Below are positions 17,420-26,085 of a stretch of 38,770 nucleotides of DNA, one piece after another. A program made the translations under genes and the position numbers. The stretch is taken from assembly GCA_046732155.1 (NCBI GenBank), contig JBKPMM010000134.1, forward strand, positions 1-38,770, written 5' to 3'. A model generated the notes under the pieces. It did no database searches, was not told where the DNA came from, and saw only the letters and a list, made by a program, of their open reading frames with translations. The DNA is from Chloroflexota bacterium (GTDB taxonomy: Bacteria > Chloroflexota > Limnocylindria > Limnocylindrales > CSP1-4). The first letter of the stretch is position 1; each line of letters starts with the position of its first letter.

Positions 17420-18820
17420 ATGACGGCCGGACCGACTCGCGCGCGAACGCCCACCGCCGCGCAACAGCTGGCCCTGGACCTGCCGGTCTCACTGCCGGCC
17501 ATCGCGATCGAACCGGAATGGAAGGCGCAACAGCGCCTGTGGGGCCATTCCTTCCATCCGATGTGCTCGTACCTTGCGAGCTTCCCAGCGGCTCTGGCAC
17601 ACGCCTTCATCGCCCGCTATTCGCGACCCGGCGATGTCGTCCTCGACCCGTTCTCGGGTCGCGGCACGACGCCCCTGCAGGCGTGCGCCGAAGGGCGGAT
17701 CGGCGTGGGCAACGATCTCAATCCGTTCGCCCATCTGCTGACCGCGTCGAAGGTCGAGCCGGCCAGCCGCGCGGCGGCGATCACCCGCCTGACCCAGCTC
17801 CGCCTCAGCTGGAACGCGGATCCGATGGGATGGAGCCGGCTGGCACAGCGCGTGAGCGAGGGCGCGGCGGGCGTGCTCGTTCCCGCAGCAGGATCCCGCG
17901 GCGGACCGGAGTCGGGATCCGAAAGCGTCCCTGCCGAGGTCGCTCTCGCGTTCCACCCCGACACGCTCGGTCAACTGCTGTTCGTCCGTTCGGAATTGCG
18001 CCTCGATGACCGCACCGACCGATTCCTCGCAGCTGCGATCACTGGGATCCTGCACGGGAAGAGCGCGAGCTATCTCTCCGAGCTGATGCCGAACACGTTC
18101 AGCATGGCGCCGCGCTACGTCCGCGAGTTCGCCGCACGGACGTCGTTCACGTCGCCACGTCGTGACGTCTTCGACGGCCTCGCGTCGAAGATCGACCGGC
18201 TGTACCGCCAGCCCGCCCCGTCGACCGAGGGCGTGGCGCTGCTTGGTGACGCACGCGATGTGGCACCGCGCGTGCGCGCAGCGCTTCGGGCGCGGGGCCG
18301 ACCGGACCGGGCACGGCTCGTCGTGACATCCCCGCCCTACCTCCGCGTCGTCAAGTACGGCTACTACAACTGGCTTCGGACCTGGTTCCTGGGCTTCGAC
18401 GCTCGGGAGATCGATGCGACCCTCGACGACGCCCACCATCGCGAGCCGTATCTCGCATTCATCCGCGACGTGCTCGCTGGCCTCCGGCCGGTCCTCACCG
18501 ATGACGCCGTCGTCGTCCTCGTGATCGGCGACGTCGAGACTGATCGCGGTCGTCGACTCAAGGGCGGCGTGGGCCTCGCCGAGCGAGCCTGGGAGCACGC
18601 GGCCGAGCCGGAGGGGTACAAGCTCGCGGGCGTCGCGCTCGACGATGTCGCGGCCGTCCGCAAGATGACCAAGCTGTGGGGCGACGAGGCCGGGCGAGCC
18701 ACGAAGACCGATCGGATCCTCGTCCTCGGCGCGACCGAGTCGGGCCGGCGGCGGGCACTCTCTGGCGCCGGGCTCGACGTCGACTGGGACTGGCCACCCA
18801 GGGCGCTGCGCGCGCTTTAG
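17420..18820 (+). CDS. DNA amino-methyltransferase (m4C/m6A), orphan
   Basis: Motif X-like HPMCSYLASFP, motif I VLDPFSGRGTT, catalytic motif IV TSPPY (alpha-group order). Alternative start GTG 17390. Confidence 0.85.
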   Translation: MTAGPTRARTPTAAQQLALDLPVSLPAIAIEPEWKAQQRLWGHSFHPMCSYLASFPAALAHAFIARYSRPGDVVLDPFSGRGTTPLQACAEGRIGVGNDLNPFAHLLTASKVEPASRAAAITRLTQLRLSWNADPMGWSRLAQRVSEGAAGVLVPAAGSRGGPESGSESVPAEVALAFHPDTLGQLLFVRSELRLDDRTDRFLAAAITGILHGKSASYLSELMPNTFSMAPRYVREFAARTSFTSPRRDVFDGLASKIDRLYRQPAPSTEGVALLGDARDVAPRVRAALRARGRPDRARLVVTSPPYLRVVKYGYYNWLRTWFLGFDAREIDATLDDAHHREPYLAFIRDVLAGLRPVLTDDAVVVLVIGDVETDRGRRLKGGVGLAERAWEHAAEPEGYKLAGVALDDVAAVRKMTKLWGDEAGRATKTDRILVLGATESGRRRALSGAGLDVDWDWPPRALRAL

Positions 18821-18883
18821 CCGGCTGGCGAAGTCCCCGACGACCGCGCCTCGCGCACCTTCGGCCGCCACTATCATGCCGCC

Positions 18884-19111
18884 ATGCAGCAGATGTACGA
18901 CCCGTCCGACCTCGCGTCGATGGATCCGTTGGTCCTGATGAAGAACCTCGACCACGTCCGGATGACCAGTCGTCGCCTGTCGTACATCCTCCAGCAGCAG
19001 GTGCACCTCTATACCCCCGAGGCGAACCAGCTGCGCGAGCAGATCGACCGCTACGTCGAGGCCGAGCGTCAGATCGAAGGGGAGATGGCGAGGCGCGTCA
19101 TCCGCGCCTGA
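18884..19111 (+). CDS. Hypothetical protein (75 aa, helical)
   Basis: Strong GC3 codon bias, protein-like composition, leaderless TATCAT-6 nt-ATG. Confidence 0.75.
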   Translation: MQQMYDPSDLASMDPLVLMKNLDHVRMTSRRLSYILQQQVHLYTPEANQLREQIDRYVEAERQIEGEMARRVIRA

Positions 19112-19250
19112 CGCACCCTCGAGATGTTGGCGCGGGACGACCTCGGTCACTGGGTGAACGATCCGACCAACCAAGGTCGCGGCGGACCCGCTTATCCGCC
19201 CGTTGGGTCATGGGATGAACCAAGCGTCGGCGCGACGCGTGACGTGCGGG

Positions 19251-19285
19251 AGAAAGAAAGACCCCGCCGATCCCGGCGGGGTCTT
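19251..19285 (-). terminator. Rho-independent terminator
   Basis: Stem AAGACCCCGCCG-ATCC-CGGCGGGGTCTT; U-rich tail on the minus strand just after the stop at 19307. Confidence 0.75.
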
Positions 19286-19306
19286 CGATATAAGAGCGGT
19301 GCCAGG

Positions 19307-19693
19307 TCAAGCCCCGGCGGGCACCGCGGCGAGACGGACGGGTCGTTCGCGTTCCTGGTCCTTGACCGACCTCTGCTCGTCGGCCGTGCCCACGTCTTCG
19401 ATCCCCGGTTCGGTCGGCGTGATCACCACGGTGACGGGCCGGCGGAGCGCCTGCTCCTCGGCGACGATCCCTGACGCCATCGCAGCTAGGGTCGGCATCT
19501 CGGACAACCCGAAGCCGATCCCATGGGCGGCCAGATCCTCGACCCCGAGACCCCGGAACAGGCCGCGCGCCGCGACGGCGCACATCTCGTCATACAGCTC
19601 CGGCCAGCCCACGCGACGGCGGCGGTAGCAGAAGCGGATGAACTCGGCCGCATCCGGGTCGGGGACTCGCGTGGCGGCGTGGCGTGGCTCCAT
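19307..19693 (-). CDS. Hypothetical protein (128 aa)
   Basis: ATG 19693 with GGAGGGAGG upstream; globular core FIRFCYRRRRVGWPELYDEMCAVAARGLFRG; followed by a terminator. Confidence 0.75.
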   Translation of the reverse strand: MEPRHAATRVPDPDAAEFIRFCYRRRRVGWPELYDEMCAVAARGLFRGLGVEDLAAHGIGFGLSEMPTLAAMASGIVAEEQALRRPVTVVITPTEPGIEDVGTADEQRSVKDQERERPVRLAAVPAGA

Positions 19694-19910
19694 CGATGGC
19701 AGGCCCTCCCTCCGGCGGGCAGTTCGACCCCGGGCAGGGCCGTGCCGCGCGCTCGCCGTACGACGGCAATACGAAGCCATACCGGCCGACGATCCGCGTC
19801 GGGGACCGCCGTCCGGTGGTCGGTTGGTGCTCGGTCCCGACCCCTTCCCTGGGTCTCGGCGGCCGATGTCGCGACATGGTAGGCGCCGCGGCGACGGCTC
19901 GGAAGAGGGC

Positions 19911-19954
19911 TTGTCCACGACTTAATCCACGAACTTTTCCACATAGGTGGATAG
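19911..19954. promoter_or_regulatory. Cluster of four DnaA-box-like 9-mers
   Basis: TTGTCCACG (19911), TAATCCACG (19923), TTTTCCACA (19935) and reverse CTATCCACC (19946-19954), compared with consensus TTATCCACA; 12-bp phasing; AT-rich patch. Confidence 0.65.
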
Positions 19955-19992
19955 TCCCTAGAACGCCCGTGCTGTACGTGCGGAACCGGCCC

Positions 19993-21042
19993 TCAGACGT
20001 CCTTGCGGGCGAGTCCGAGACCGGGACCATCAGACAGCTCCCAGCGCTTGTCAGGCCCGAGGATGAGGCCGTCGAAGGGGTCATCCGCAAGCAGCAGGTT
20101 GCCGTCGAGATCGACCCAGTCCGCCAGCGACGCGACCACAGCCGAGCCGGCGATGCCGACCGATGTCTCCTCCATGCAGCCGAGGAACGTCCGGAAACCG
20201 CGCCGCCGCGCGTCGTCGAGCATCGCGTGTGCCGTTGCGATGCCGCCGCACTTCGCGAGCTTCACGTTGATCCCTTCGACGACACCCTCGAGCGCGTCGA
20301 GATCCTCGGGCAGGACGCAGGACTCGTCGGCGACGACCGGGATCGAGGAGCGCTCCTGCAGCCAGGCGAGATCGCGGTACGAGCGCGCGGGGAATGGTTG
20401 CTCGATGAGCTCGACCCCGAGCTCGGTCAGCTCGGGCAATAGGGCAACGGCGTCGTCGCGCGTCCAGCCGGTGTTCGCGTCGACCCGGATCGGTCCGCCG
20501 TACACGTCGCGGACCGCCCGAAGGGTCGCCAGATCCGCCGGTCCGCCGACCTTGATCTTCAGCGCAGGAAAATCCGCCGCCCGCATGGCTCGCTCCGCCA
20601 CGATCGACGGCTCATCGAGGCCGAGCGTGAAGTCGGTCGGCGGGACGTCCGCAGAGAGCCCACGCAGCCCGTGGACGGAGACGCGCAGTGCCTTGGCGAC
20701 CAGGTCGTGGAGTGCGATGTCGAGCGCGCACCGCGCGGCGCCGTGGCCGCGGATCGCCACCGACATGGTCCGCGCGGCGGCGTCGACGCCCTCGCTGTCG
20801 AGTGCCGGCTCGCCGATCGCCGCGAGCAGGATCGGCAGGACGGTCGCCATCGTCTCCGGTGTCTCGCCGTAGAAGGTATCCGGGTACCCCTCCCCCAGGC
20901 CGACGACGCCAGGCAGTCGGTCGTCACGGAGCTCGATGACGACGGTGGTGATCCGGGTGCCGGCACCGTGGTCCGAGCGTGCGATGCGGAACGGGTCACG
21001 GAGGGCGAGGCTCAGGACCTCGTAGGTGAAGCTCAGACCCAC
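19993..21042 (-). CDS. Enolase-superfamily dipeptide epimerase / N-acyl-amino acid racemase (AEE/DgcA-like)
   Basis: KIK, RVDAN, EQP, ADES, NVKLAK, GCMEET, DLDG motifs. Confidence 0.88.
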   Translation of the reverse strand: MGLSFTYEVLSLALRDPFRIARSDHGAGTRITTVVIELRDDRLPGVVGLGEGYPDTFYGETPETMATVLPILLAAIGEPALDSEGVDAAARTMSVAIRGHGAARCALDIALHDLVAKALRVSVHGLRGLSADVPPTDFTLGLDEPSIVAERAMRAADFPALKIKVGGPADLATLRAVRDVYGGPIRVDANTGWTRDDAVALLPELTELGVELIEQPFPARSYRDLAWLQERSSIPVVADESCVLPEDLDALEGVVEGINVKLAKCGGIATAHAMLDDARRRGFRTFLGCMEETSVGIAGSAVVASLADWVDLDGNLLLADDPFDGLILGPDKRWELSDGPGLGLARKDV

Positions 21043-22112
21043 GGCAACGCGTCGACGGCATCGCGGACTGCCCTCCAGAGCCCGTCCGCGCCGAACCGGA
21101 TGACGTCATCCGTCGGCAGCCCGGTCTCGTCGCGGATGGCGGCGATCACCCCTCGCGCCTCGTCGTCATTCGGATAGAGCGAGGTATTGAGTGCGATCGC
21201 GACGACCTTCGAGGGGGCGATCATGCCGGCGATCCGCTCGTGCATCTCGATGAAGGGCACCAGCGGCGCGATCGGGAACGACACGCCCGGCAGATGGTCG
21301 AAGTCGTGCTCGGCTAACCCCGGCTTGTGCACGAGGACCATCGCGTGCGGCGTCCCGCCGTGGATCAGGCCCATCGTGACCGCGCTGTATGCCGGGTGGT
21401 CGATCGAGCCCTGGCCTTCGATGAAGACCCAGTCCCCACGTGCCTCGCCCTGCTCGACCAGCCACTCGACCGTGCCGTTGGTGAAATCGCTGATGAGCCG
21501 GTCCACGGCGGCGCCCCAGCCTTCGATCATGATGCCGGTCTGTCCGGTCGGGACCATGACGGCCTCGGCGGCGTCGCGGCGGGCGGCAGCCACGAGCTCG
21601 AGGGCGACGGACATCTTCCCGATCGCGCTGTCCGTCCCGACCGTGAGGATCACCCGTTTGCCCGGCGCATGCCGACGGCCAAGGGTCGTCTCCATCCGGT
21701 CCGGTGGCCGCCGGTAGTCGTTGAGCCGCGAGCCGGAGCGCGCGGCCGCTGCGCCGAACTCGGGGTCATCGCCGAGGAACTGATGCAGGCCGGAATGGAT
21801 GTCAAGCCCTGCCTCGATCGCCTCGAGGATGATCGACCGCCAGGCCGCCGGCAGCTTGCCGCCGGTCGGGGCGATCCCCAGCAGGAGCCCATCAGGGCGC
21901 TCCGGCGCGTCAAGGACGTCGGAGAGCCGGCCGACGAACGGGATGTCGTGGCCTGGCAACGACCCGCTCACGTTGCGGCCGACCATCGTCGAGTCGAGGA
22001 TCGCGATGATGTCGTCGCGTCCATAGCGGATGACGCCGGTCGCCGTCTTGGCGTCGTCGATGCCGTGCCCTTCGGTGAGGATGACGAGACGGCGCGGCTC
22101 GGTCGGCAGCAT
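21033..22112 (-). CDS. DUF1611 domain protein (DgcN-like)
   Basis: AKTATG, GIAPTGG, SGLH, P-loop-like VGTDSAIGKM, TGQTG, EGQGS..HP.YS; overlaps the epimerase gene. Confidence 0.87.
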   Translation of the reverse strand: MLPTEPRRLVILTEGHGIDDAKTATGVIRYGRDDIIAILDSTMVGRNVSGSLPGHDIPFVGRLSDVLDAPERPDGLLLGIAPTGGKLPAAWRSIILEAIEAGLDIHSGLHQFLGDDPEFGAAAARSGSRLNDYRRPPDRMETTLGRRHAPGKRVILTVGTDSAIGKMSVALELVAAARRDAAEAVMVPTGQTGIMIEGWGAAVDRLISDFTNGTVEWLVEQGEARGDWVFIEGQGSIDHPAYSAVTMGLIHGGTPHAMVLVHKPGLAEHDFDHLPGVSFPIAPLVPFIEMHERIAGMIAPSKVVAIALNTSLYPNDDEARGVIAAIRDETGLPTDDVIRFGADGLWRAVRDAVDALPWV

Positions 22113-22165
22113 CGGCGCAGTCTACGGAAGCGACGCACCACGCTGCCGAAGCCTGCGCGGGGGCG

Positions 22166-22510
22166 TCACCCGTGGTCGGCTCGGTACCGCTCGTACAGCC
22201 GGGCGAGCAATGCTGCAAGGTCGCGTGCCATCTCGTCGTCAAGCGACGGGAAGTTGAACGTCGCCTTGCCGGACCGGCGTCTTAACAGACCCTCAGGTGT
22301 CCCTTCGAGCGAGTCGGGATAGGTATCGGCGACGAGCAGGAACAGGCTGACGTGGCGTGTGGCGGCACGGACAGCAGCGAAGTAGTCGTGCGCAGTCGCG
22401 CCCGGCCATCTCAGCGACGGCATACCGTAGATGGTCGCGTCCTCGAGCTCGCCACGATATGGCTCGAGGAGCGACCAGATGCGCTCCTCGACGGCTTGCA
22501 GATCCGGCAC
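22166..22510 (-). CDS. DUF1801-like small protein
   Basis: YGMPS...YFAAV...HVSL...GKATFNF pattern; leaderless TACGAT-6 nt-GTG. Confidence 0.65.
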   Translation of the reverse strand: MPDLQAVEERIWSLLEPYRGELEDATIYGMPSLRWPGATAHDYFAAVRAATRHVSLFLLVADTYPDSLEGTPEGLLRRRSGKATFNFPSLDDEMARDLAALLARLYERYRADHG

Positions 22511-22548
22511 GGGCGCATCGTACGTGCGGGCGACGGGCCTGCGGACGG

Positions 22549-23046
22549 TCAGGCCGTGCGCGGCTCCAGGATCACGACCGCGGTCTCGCGTGAGCGTCGC
22601 GCGGCCCAGCCCTCCTGGTTAGCGCCGTTGTAACCGGCCCAGCCGTCCCACAGCCGCGGTCGCTCCGTCGGCGTCGCTATCCTCCCGTGGACCTCCCGCG
22701 GACCGCTCGGCAGCTCCACGACGACATCCGGCTGGGCCTGGAGGTTGAGCCACCAGGCAGGCTCGGCATCGCCCCACCCGTTCATCGCCATCGTCACGAT
22801 GTCCGGACCGTCAACGAAGTACGCGAGTATCGCGATGCGTTCTTCGCCCGAACGCCGCCCGATCGTCCGGAGCCGCATCAACCCCCACTTCTCGGCAGAT
22901 GGATCGCGCAGCCCCAGGCGACCGCCGGTGACGTTGTACAGCGCTCGATGGCCGATCCACGCCGCTCGGATGAACCATCTGGGCGGAAGGAACGCGGTCG
23001 GTCGCTTCTCGGGCACGGAGCCGGCGGGAGAATGGTCGGTGCTCAC
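22549..23046 (-). CDS. Deazaflavin (F420)-dependent nitroreductase/quinone reductase family
   Basis: LRTIGRRSGEER, PAWWLNLQAQP, RETAVVILEP; GGAGG RBS before GTG 23046. Confidence 0.85.
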   Translation of the reverse strand: MSTDHSPAGSVPEKRPTAFLPPRWFIRAAWIGHRALYNVTGGRLGLRDPSAEKWGLMRLRTIGRRSGEERIAILAYFVDGPDIVTMAMNGWGDAEPAWWLNLQAQPDVVVELPSGPREVHGRIATPTERPRLWDGWAGYNGANQEGWAARRSRETAVVILEPRTA

Positions 23047-23058
23047 GGGAACCTCCTG

Positions 23059-23136
23059 CATACGCTGTAAACTTATGGTGTAAGTCTAGCGACACGGCCG
23101 TACGGGTGTCAAGACTTACGCTGTATTCGCTAGAGT
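23059..23136. promoter_or_regulatory. TetR operator repeats in the divergent promoter
   Basis: Three copies of CTTAC-N3-GTAAG-like palindrome: CATACGCTGTAAA 23059, CTTATGGTGTAAG 23072, CTTACGCTGTATT 23115; -10 TAGAGT at 23131. Confidence 0.7.
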
Positions 23137-23142
23137 GCCGAC

Positions 23143-23844
23143 ATGACGACCGAAACCGGAGCGACGACCGAGCGCCGAGCTCCACTGAGCCGAGAGCGCG
23201 TGCTTGCCGCCGCCGTGGAGCTGGCAGACCGCGAAGGGATCGACGCACTTAGCATGCGGCGCCTCGGGACGGAGCTCGGCGTCGAGGCGATGTCTCTGTA
23301 CAACCATGTCGCGAACAAGGAAGACGTACTCGACGGGATGGTCGACGTCATCCTCAGCGAGATCGACCCCGCGCCCAAAGCCGGCGAGTGGAAGGCGAGG
23401 CTCCGGAAGCGCATCCTGTCAGCGCGCCGCGTGATGCTGAGGCATCGCTGGGCCTCGGGGGTGATCGTCTCCCGAAGTCAGGCGAGCCCGGCGATGATGA
23501 GCTACATGGACGGCGTCGCCGGGATCTTCCTTCAGGGTGGTTTCTCGGTCGACCTGTTGCACCACGCCATGCACGTCCTCGGGAGTCGCATCCTTGGCTT
23601 CAGCCAGGAGCTCTTCGATGACAGCAACGAGCTCGTCCAGAGTCCGGAGATGCAGGCCCTGATGCTCCAGCAGATGTCCGCGGCGTACCCGAACATCACT
23701 GAGATCGTGCGGCAGGTCCAGCACGACGAGGCATCGGTCGTCGGCGCGGGGTGTGACGATCAGCGGGAGTTCGAATTCGCTCTGGACCTCCTGCTCGACG
23801 GTCTCGAGCGCCGCCGCGCTTCCCAGACGACCGCAGGCGGGTAA
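23143..23844 (+). CDS. TetR/AcrR family regulator with TetR_C domain
   Basis: LSRERVLAAAVELADREG..LSMRRLGTELGVEAMSLYNHV; EFEFALDLLLDGL. Confidence 0.92.
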   Translation: MTTETGATTERRAPLSRERVLAAAVELADREGIDALSMRRLGTELGVEAMSLYNHVANKEDVLDGMVDVILSEIDPAPKAGEWKARLRKRILSARRVMLRHRWASGVIVSRSQASPAMMSYMDGVAGIFLQGGFSVDLLHHAMHVLGSRILGFSQELFDDSNELVQSPEMQALMLQQMSAAYPNITEIVRQVQHDEASVVGAGCDDQREFEFALDLLLDGLERRRASQTTAGG

Positions 23845-23904
23845 CGACACCGCGACGCACGCGTCTCATCCTGTCGAAGGCAGTCATAACGACGGGAGCC
23901 CCAG

Positions 23905-25533
23905 ATGACGGAGATCGCAGAGCAGTCGCGTCCGACTGGGGTCCGCGTCGTCGCGCGGCATGTCGGCGCGTGGCTCATCGGGCTTGGCCGCGGCGCGTGG
24001 CTATTCCCATTGGATCTCATCTTCAAGTCGGTCGGGCTTCGATACGGCTGGTTGACGCAGCTGTTCAAGCGGACTCCGCCACCGATCCTCGCCGGCCTCG
24101 GCCAGCTCCGAGCGGAACGCGCGTCGTGGCGCGCGGCGAAGAACGTGCCGGCATACCGCGCATTCCTCGAGGAGGGGGCGGTCGATCCGGACGACCTTTT
24201 TCCGCTCGGCATCCTCGGACGGCTGCCAGAGACCGAGAAGAAGAACTACATCGACCGCTATGGACTGATGGAGCGCTGTGTCGGCGGCGACGTCCCCTAC
24301 CCGGGCACGACGATCGACGAGTCGAGCGGCTCGACCGGGACGCCATACAACTGGATCCGAGGCCGGCGTGAGCGCGAGGTCGCCCACCGCAATATCTCGT
24401 TCTTCGCTCGCTACGCTTTCGGACCAGGACGCCTCGTGACGCTGAACGCGTTCTCGATGGGCGCGTGGGCCGCGGGCATGAACATGAGCCTCGGCATGAC
24501 CCGCCACGGCATCGTCAAGTCCATCGGTCCTGACATCGACAAGCTGCTGTCGACGCTGTCATATCTCGGTCCGAGCTACCGCTTCCTGATCTCTGGCTAC
24601 CCCCCGTTCCTCAAGCATCTCCTCGATGAGGGTGCGCGTCGCGGCTTCCCGTGGCAGGACTACGAGGTGCATGGGCTGGTCGGTGGTGAGGGCATGACGG
24701 AGGAGCTGCGCGACGTCCTCCTCGAGCGATTCCGGTCGGTCTACTCGGGCTACGGCGCGACGGATATCGAGATCGGCATGGCAGCCGAGTCGCCCGTCAG
24801 CGTCGCGCTGCGCCGCCTTGCGCGGCACCGTCCGGACGTGAGCGAGGCGCTGTTCGGGAACGATCCGCGCCTCCCGATGGTCTTCCAGTACAACCCGCTG
24901 ATCCACTTCCTCGAGGTGAACGAGCTGGGCGAGATCGTCTGCACGGTGTCTCGGCTCGACCTTCTCGCGCCGCGGATCCGTTACAACGTCCACGACGAGG
25001 GTGGACTCCTCGGTTTCGGCAAGGCGCGCCAACGGCTCGCGGACTTCGGATTCGATATCGAGCGGCTGGCCGAGCTGGCGGAGACCGCCGGTCCGCACGG
25101 CCCCTTGCCATGGTCACGCCCGATCCCACTCCCCTTCCTGTGGGTGAACGGCAGACGCGACGCGACCATCAGCGTCATGGGCGCCAACATCTATCCCGAG
25201 GACATCGAGACGCTGGTGTACCGCGACGCCGCCCTCGTGCCGCGACTGCAGTCGTTCCTGCTGTCGACGGTCGACGACGAGCGTGGCCTACCGCGGCCGA
25301 TGATCGCGCTGGAACTCGCTGACCTCACCGACGTCGATGACGCGTGGCGGACCGCGATGGCCGACCAGCTTCGTGACGGGCTGATGGGGTTGAACATCGA
25401 TTACCGCTCGTCGATCGCAGAGTTCCCCGACGCGATGCAGCCGATCGTCACGACGTACGGCCCCTTCGAAGGCCCGTTCGCTGCCGACGCAAGACGCATC
25501 AAGCAAAGACGCGTGATCCAGCCGACGGGCTGA
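23905..25533 (+). CDS. Phenylacetate-CoA ligase (PaaK)-like adenylate-forming protein
   Basis: VPAY, ESSGSTGTP P-loop, GYPP, GGE, YGATD, PRIRYNVHD, GRRD, GANIYP. Confidence 0.8.
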   Translation: MTEIAEQSRPTGVRVVARHVGAWLIGLGRGAWLFPLDLIFKSVGLRYGWLTQLFKRTPPPILAGLGQLRAERASWRAAKNVPAYRAFLEEGAVDPDDLFPLGILGRLPETEKKNYIDRYGLMERCVGGDVPYPGTTIDESSGSTGTPYNWIRGRREREVAHRNISFFARYAFGPGRLVTLNAFSMGAWAAGMNMSLGMTRHGIVKSIGPDIDKLLSTLSYLGPSYRFLISGYPPFLKHLLDEGARRGFPWQDYEVHGLVGGEGMTEELRDVLLERFRSVYSGYGATDIEIGMAAESPVSVALRRLARHRPDVSEALFGNDPRLPMVFQYNPLIHFLEVNELGEIVCTVSRLDLLAPRIRYNVHDEGGLLGFGKARQRLADFGFDIERLAELAETAGPHGPLPWSRPIPLPFLWVNGRRDATISVMGANIYPEDIETLVYRDAALVPRLQSFLLSTVDDERGLPRPMIALELADLTDVDDAWRTAMADQLRDGLMGLNIDYRSSIAEFPDAMQPIVTTYGPFEGPFAADARRIKQRRVIQPTG

Positions 25534-25602
25534 CCGGCGTGTCACGACACGTGCGATCGTCGGCGATGTCACATTTCGCGCCGATCTCCGCCCTATGGAT
25601 GT

Positions 25603-26085
25603 GTGGATAGCGCTGTCGCCGTGATCGACGCTCGGCCCGACATCGAGGGCCTGTACCGAGCCGATGGTGATCGGCTGTGGCGGTCCGTCTACGCGTTCGC
25701 CGGTGACGCGGAGATCGCGAGCGATGCCGTGGCTGAGGCGTACGCCCAGCTCCTCCGCCGAGGCGCGGCTGTCCGCGACCCCGCGGCATGGGTGTGGCGA
25801 ACGGCGTTCCGGGTGTCGCGAGGCTCGCTCAAGGCGCGCCGACGGGACGAGGGTTTGGCCCTTCCGGCGGCCGAACACCGGGACGATCACGTCGACCACG
25901 ACCTGCTCGACGCCATCCGTCAGCTCCCAGACGGCCAGCGCGCCGCGGTCATCCTCTTCTACTACGCCGATCTGCCCGTCCGCGAGATCGCGGACCGACT
26001 CGGGACGAACAGTCTCGCCGTCCGGGCAAACCTGAGCCGCGGGCGTCGTCGCCTCCGAGACCTACTGGGAGACCGCGATGGATGA
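25603..26085 (+). CDS. ECF sigma-70 factor
   Basis: Region 2 (ASDAVAEAY...PAAWVWRTA) and region 4 (LPDGQRAAVILFYYADLPVREIA..LG). Confidence 0.88.
   Translation: MDSAVAVIDARPDIEGLYRADGDRLWRSVYAFAGDAEIASDAVAEAYAQLLRRGAAVRDPAAWVWRTAFRVSRGSLKARRRDEGLALPAAEHRDDHVDHDLLDAIRQLPDGQRAAVILFYYADLPVREIADRLGTNSLAVRANLSRGRRRLRDLLGDRDG

Noticed and set aside
16801-17610. Track ORFs 16801..17610(-), 16872..17180(-) and 17015..17236(+)
   Set aside because: Pro/Gly/Arg-rich translations of hairpin and G-run DNA with no codon bias or motifs; the longest overlaps the MTase antisense.
19911-19954. Chromosomal oriC
   Set aside because: Only four imperfect boxes, no extended AT-rich unwinding element and no dnaA/dnaN nearby; a regulatory cluster fits better.
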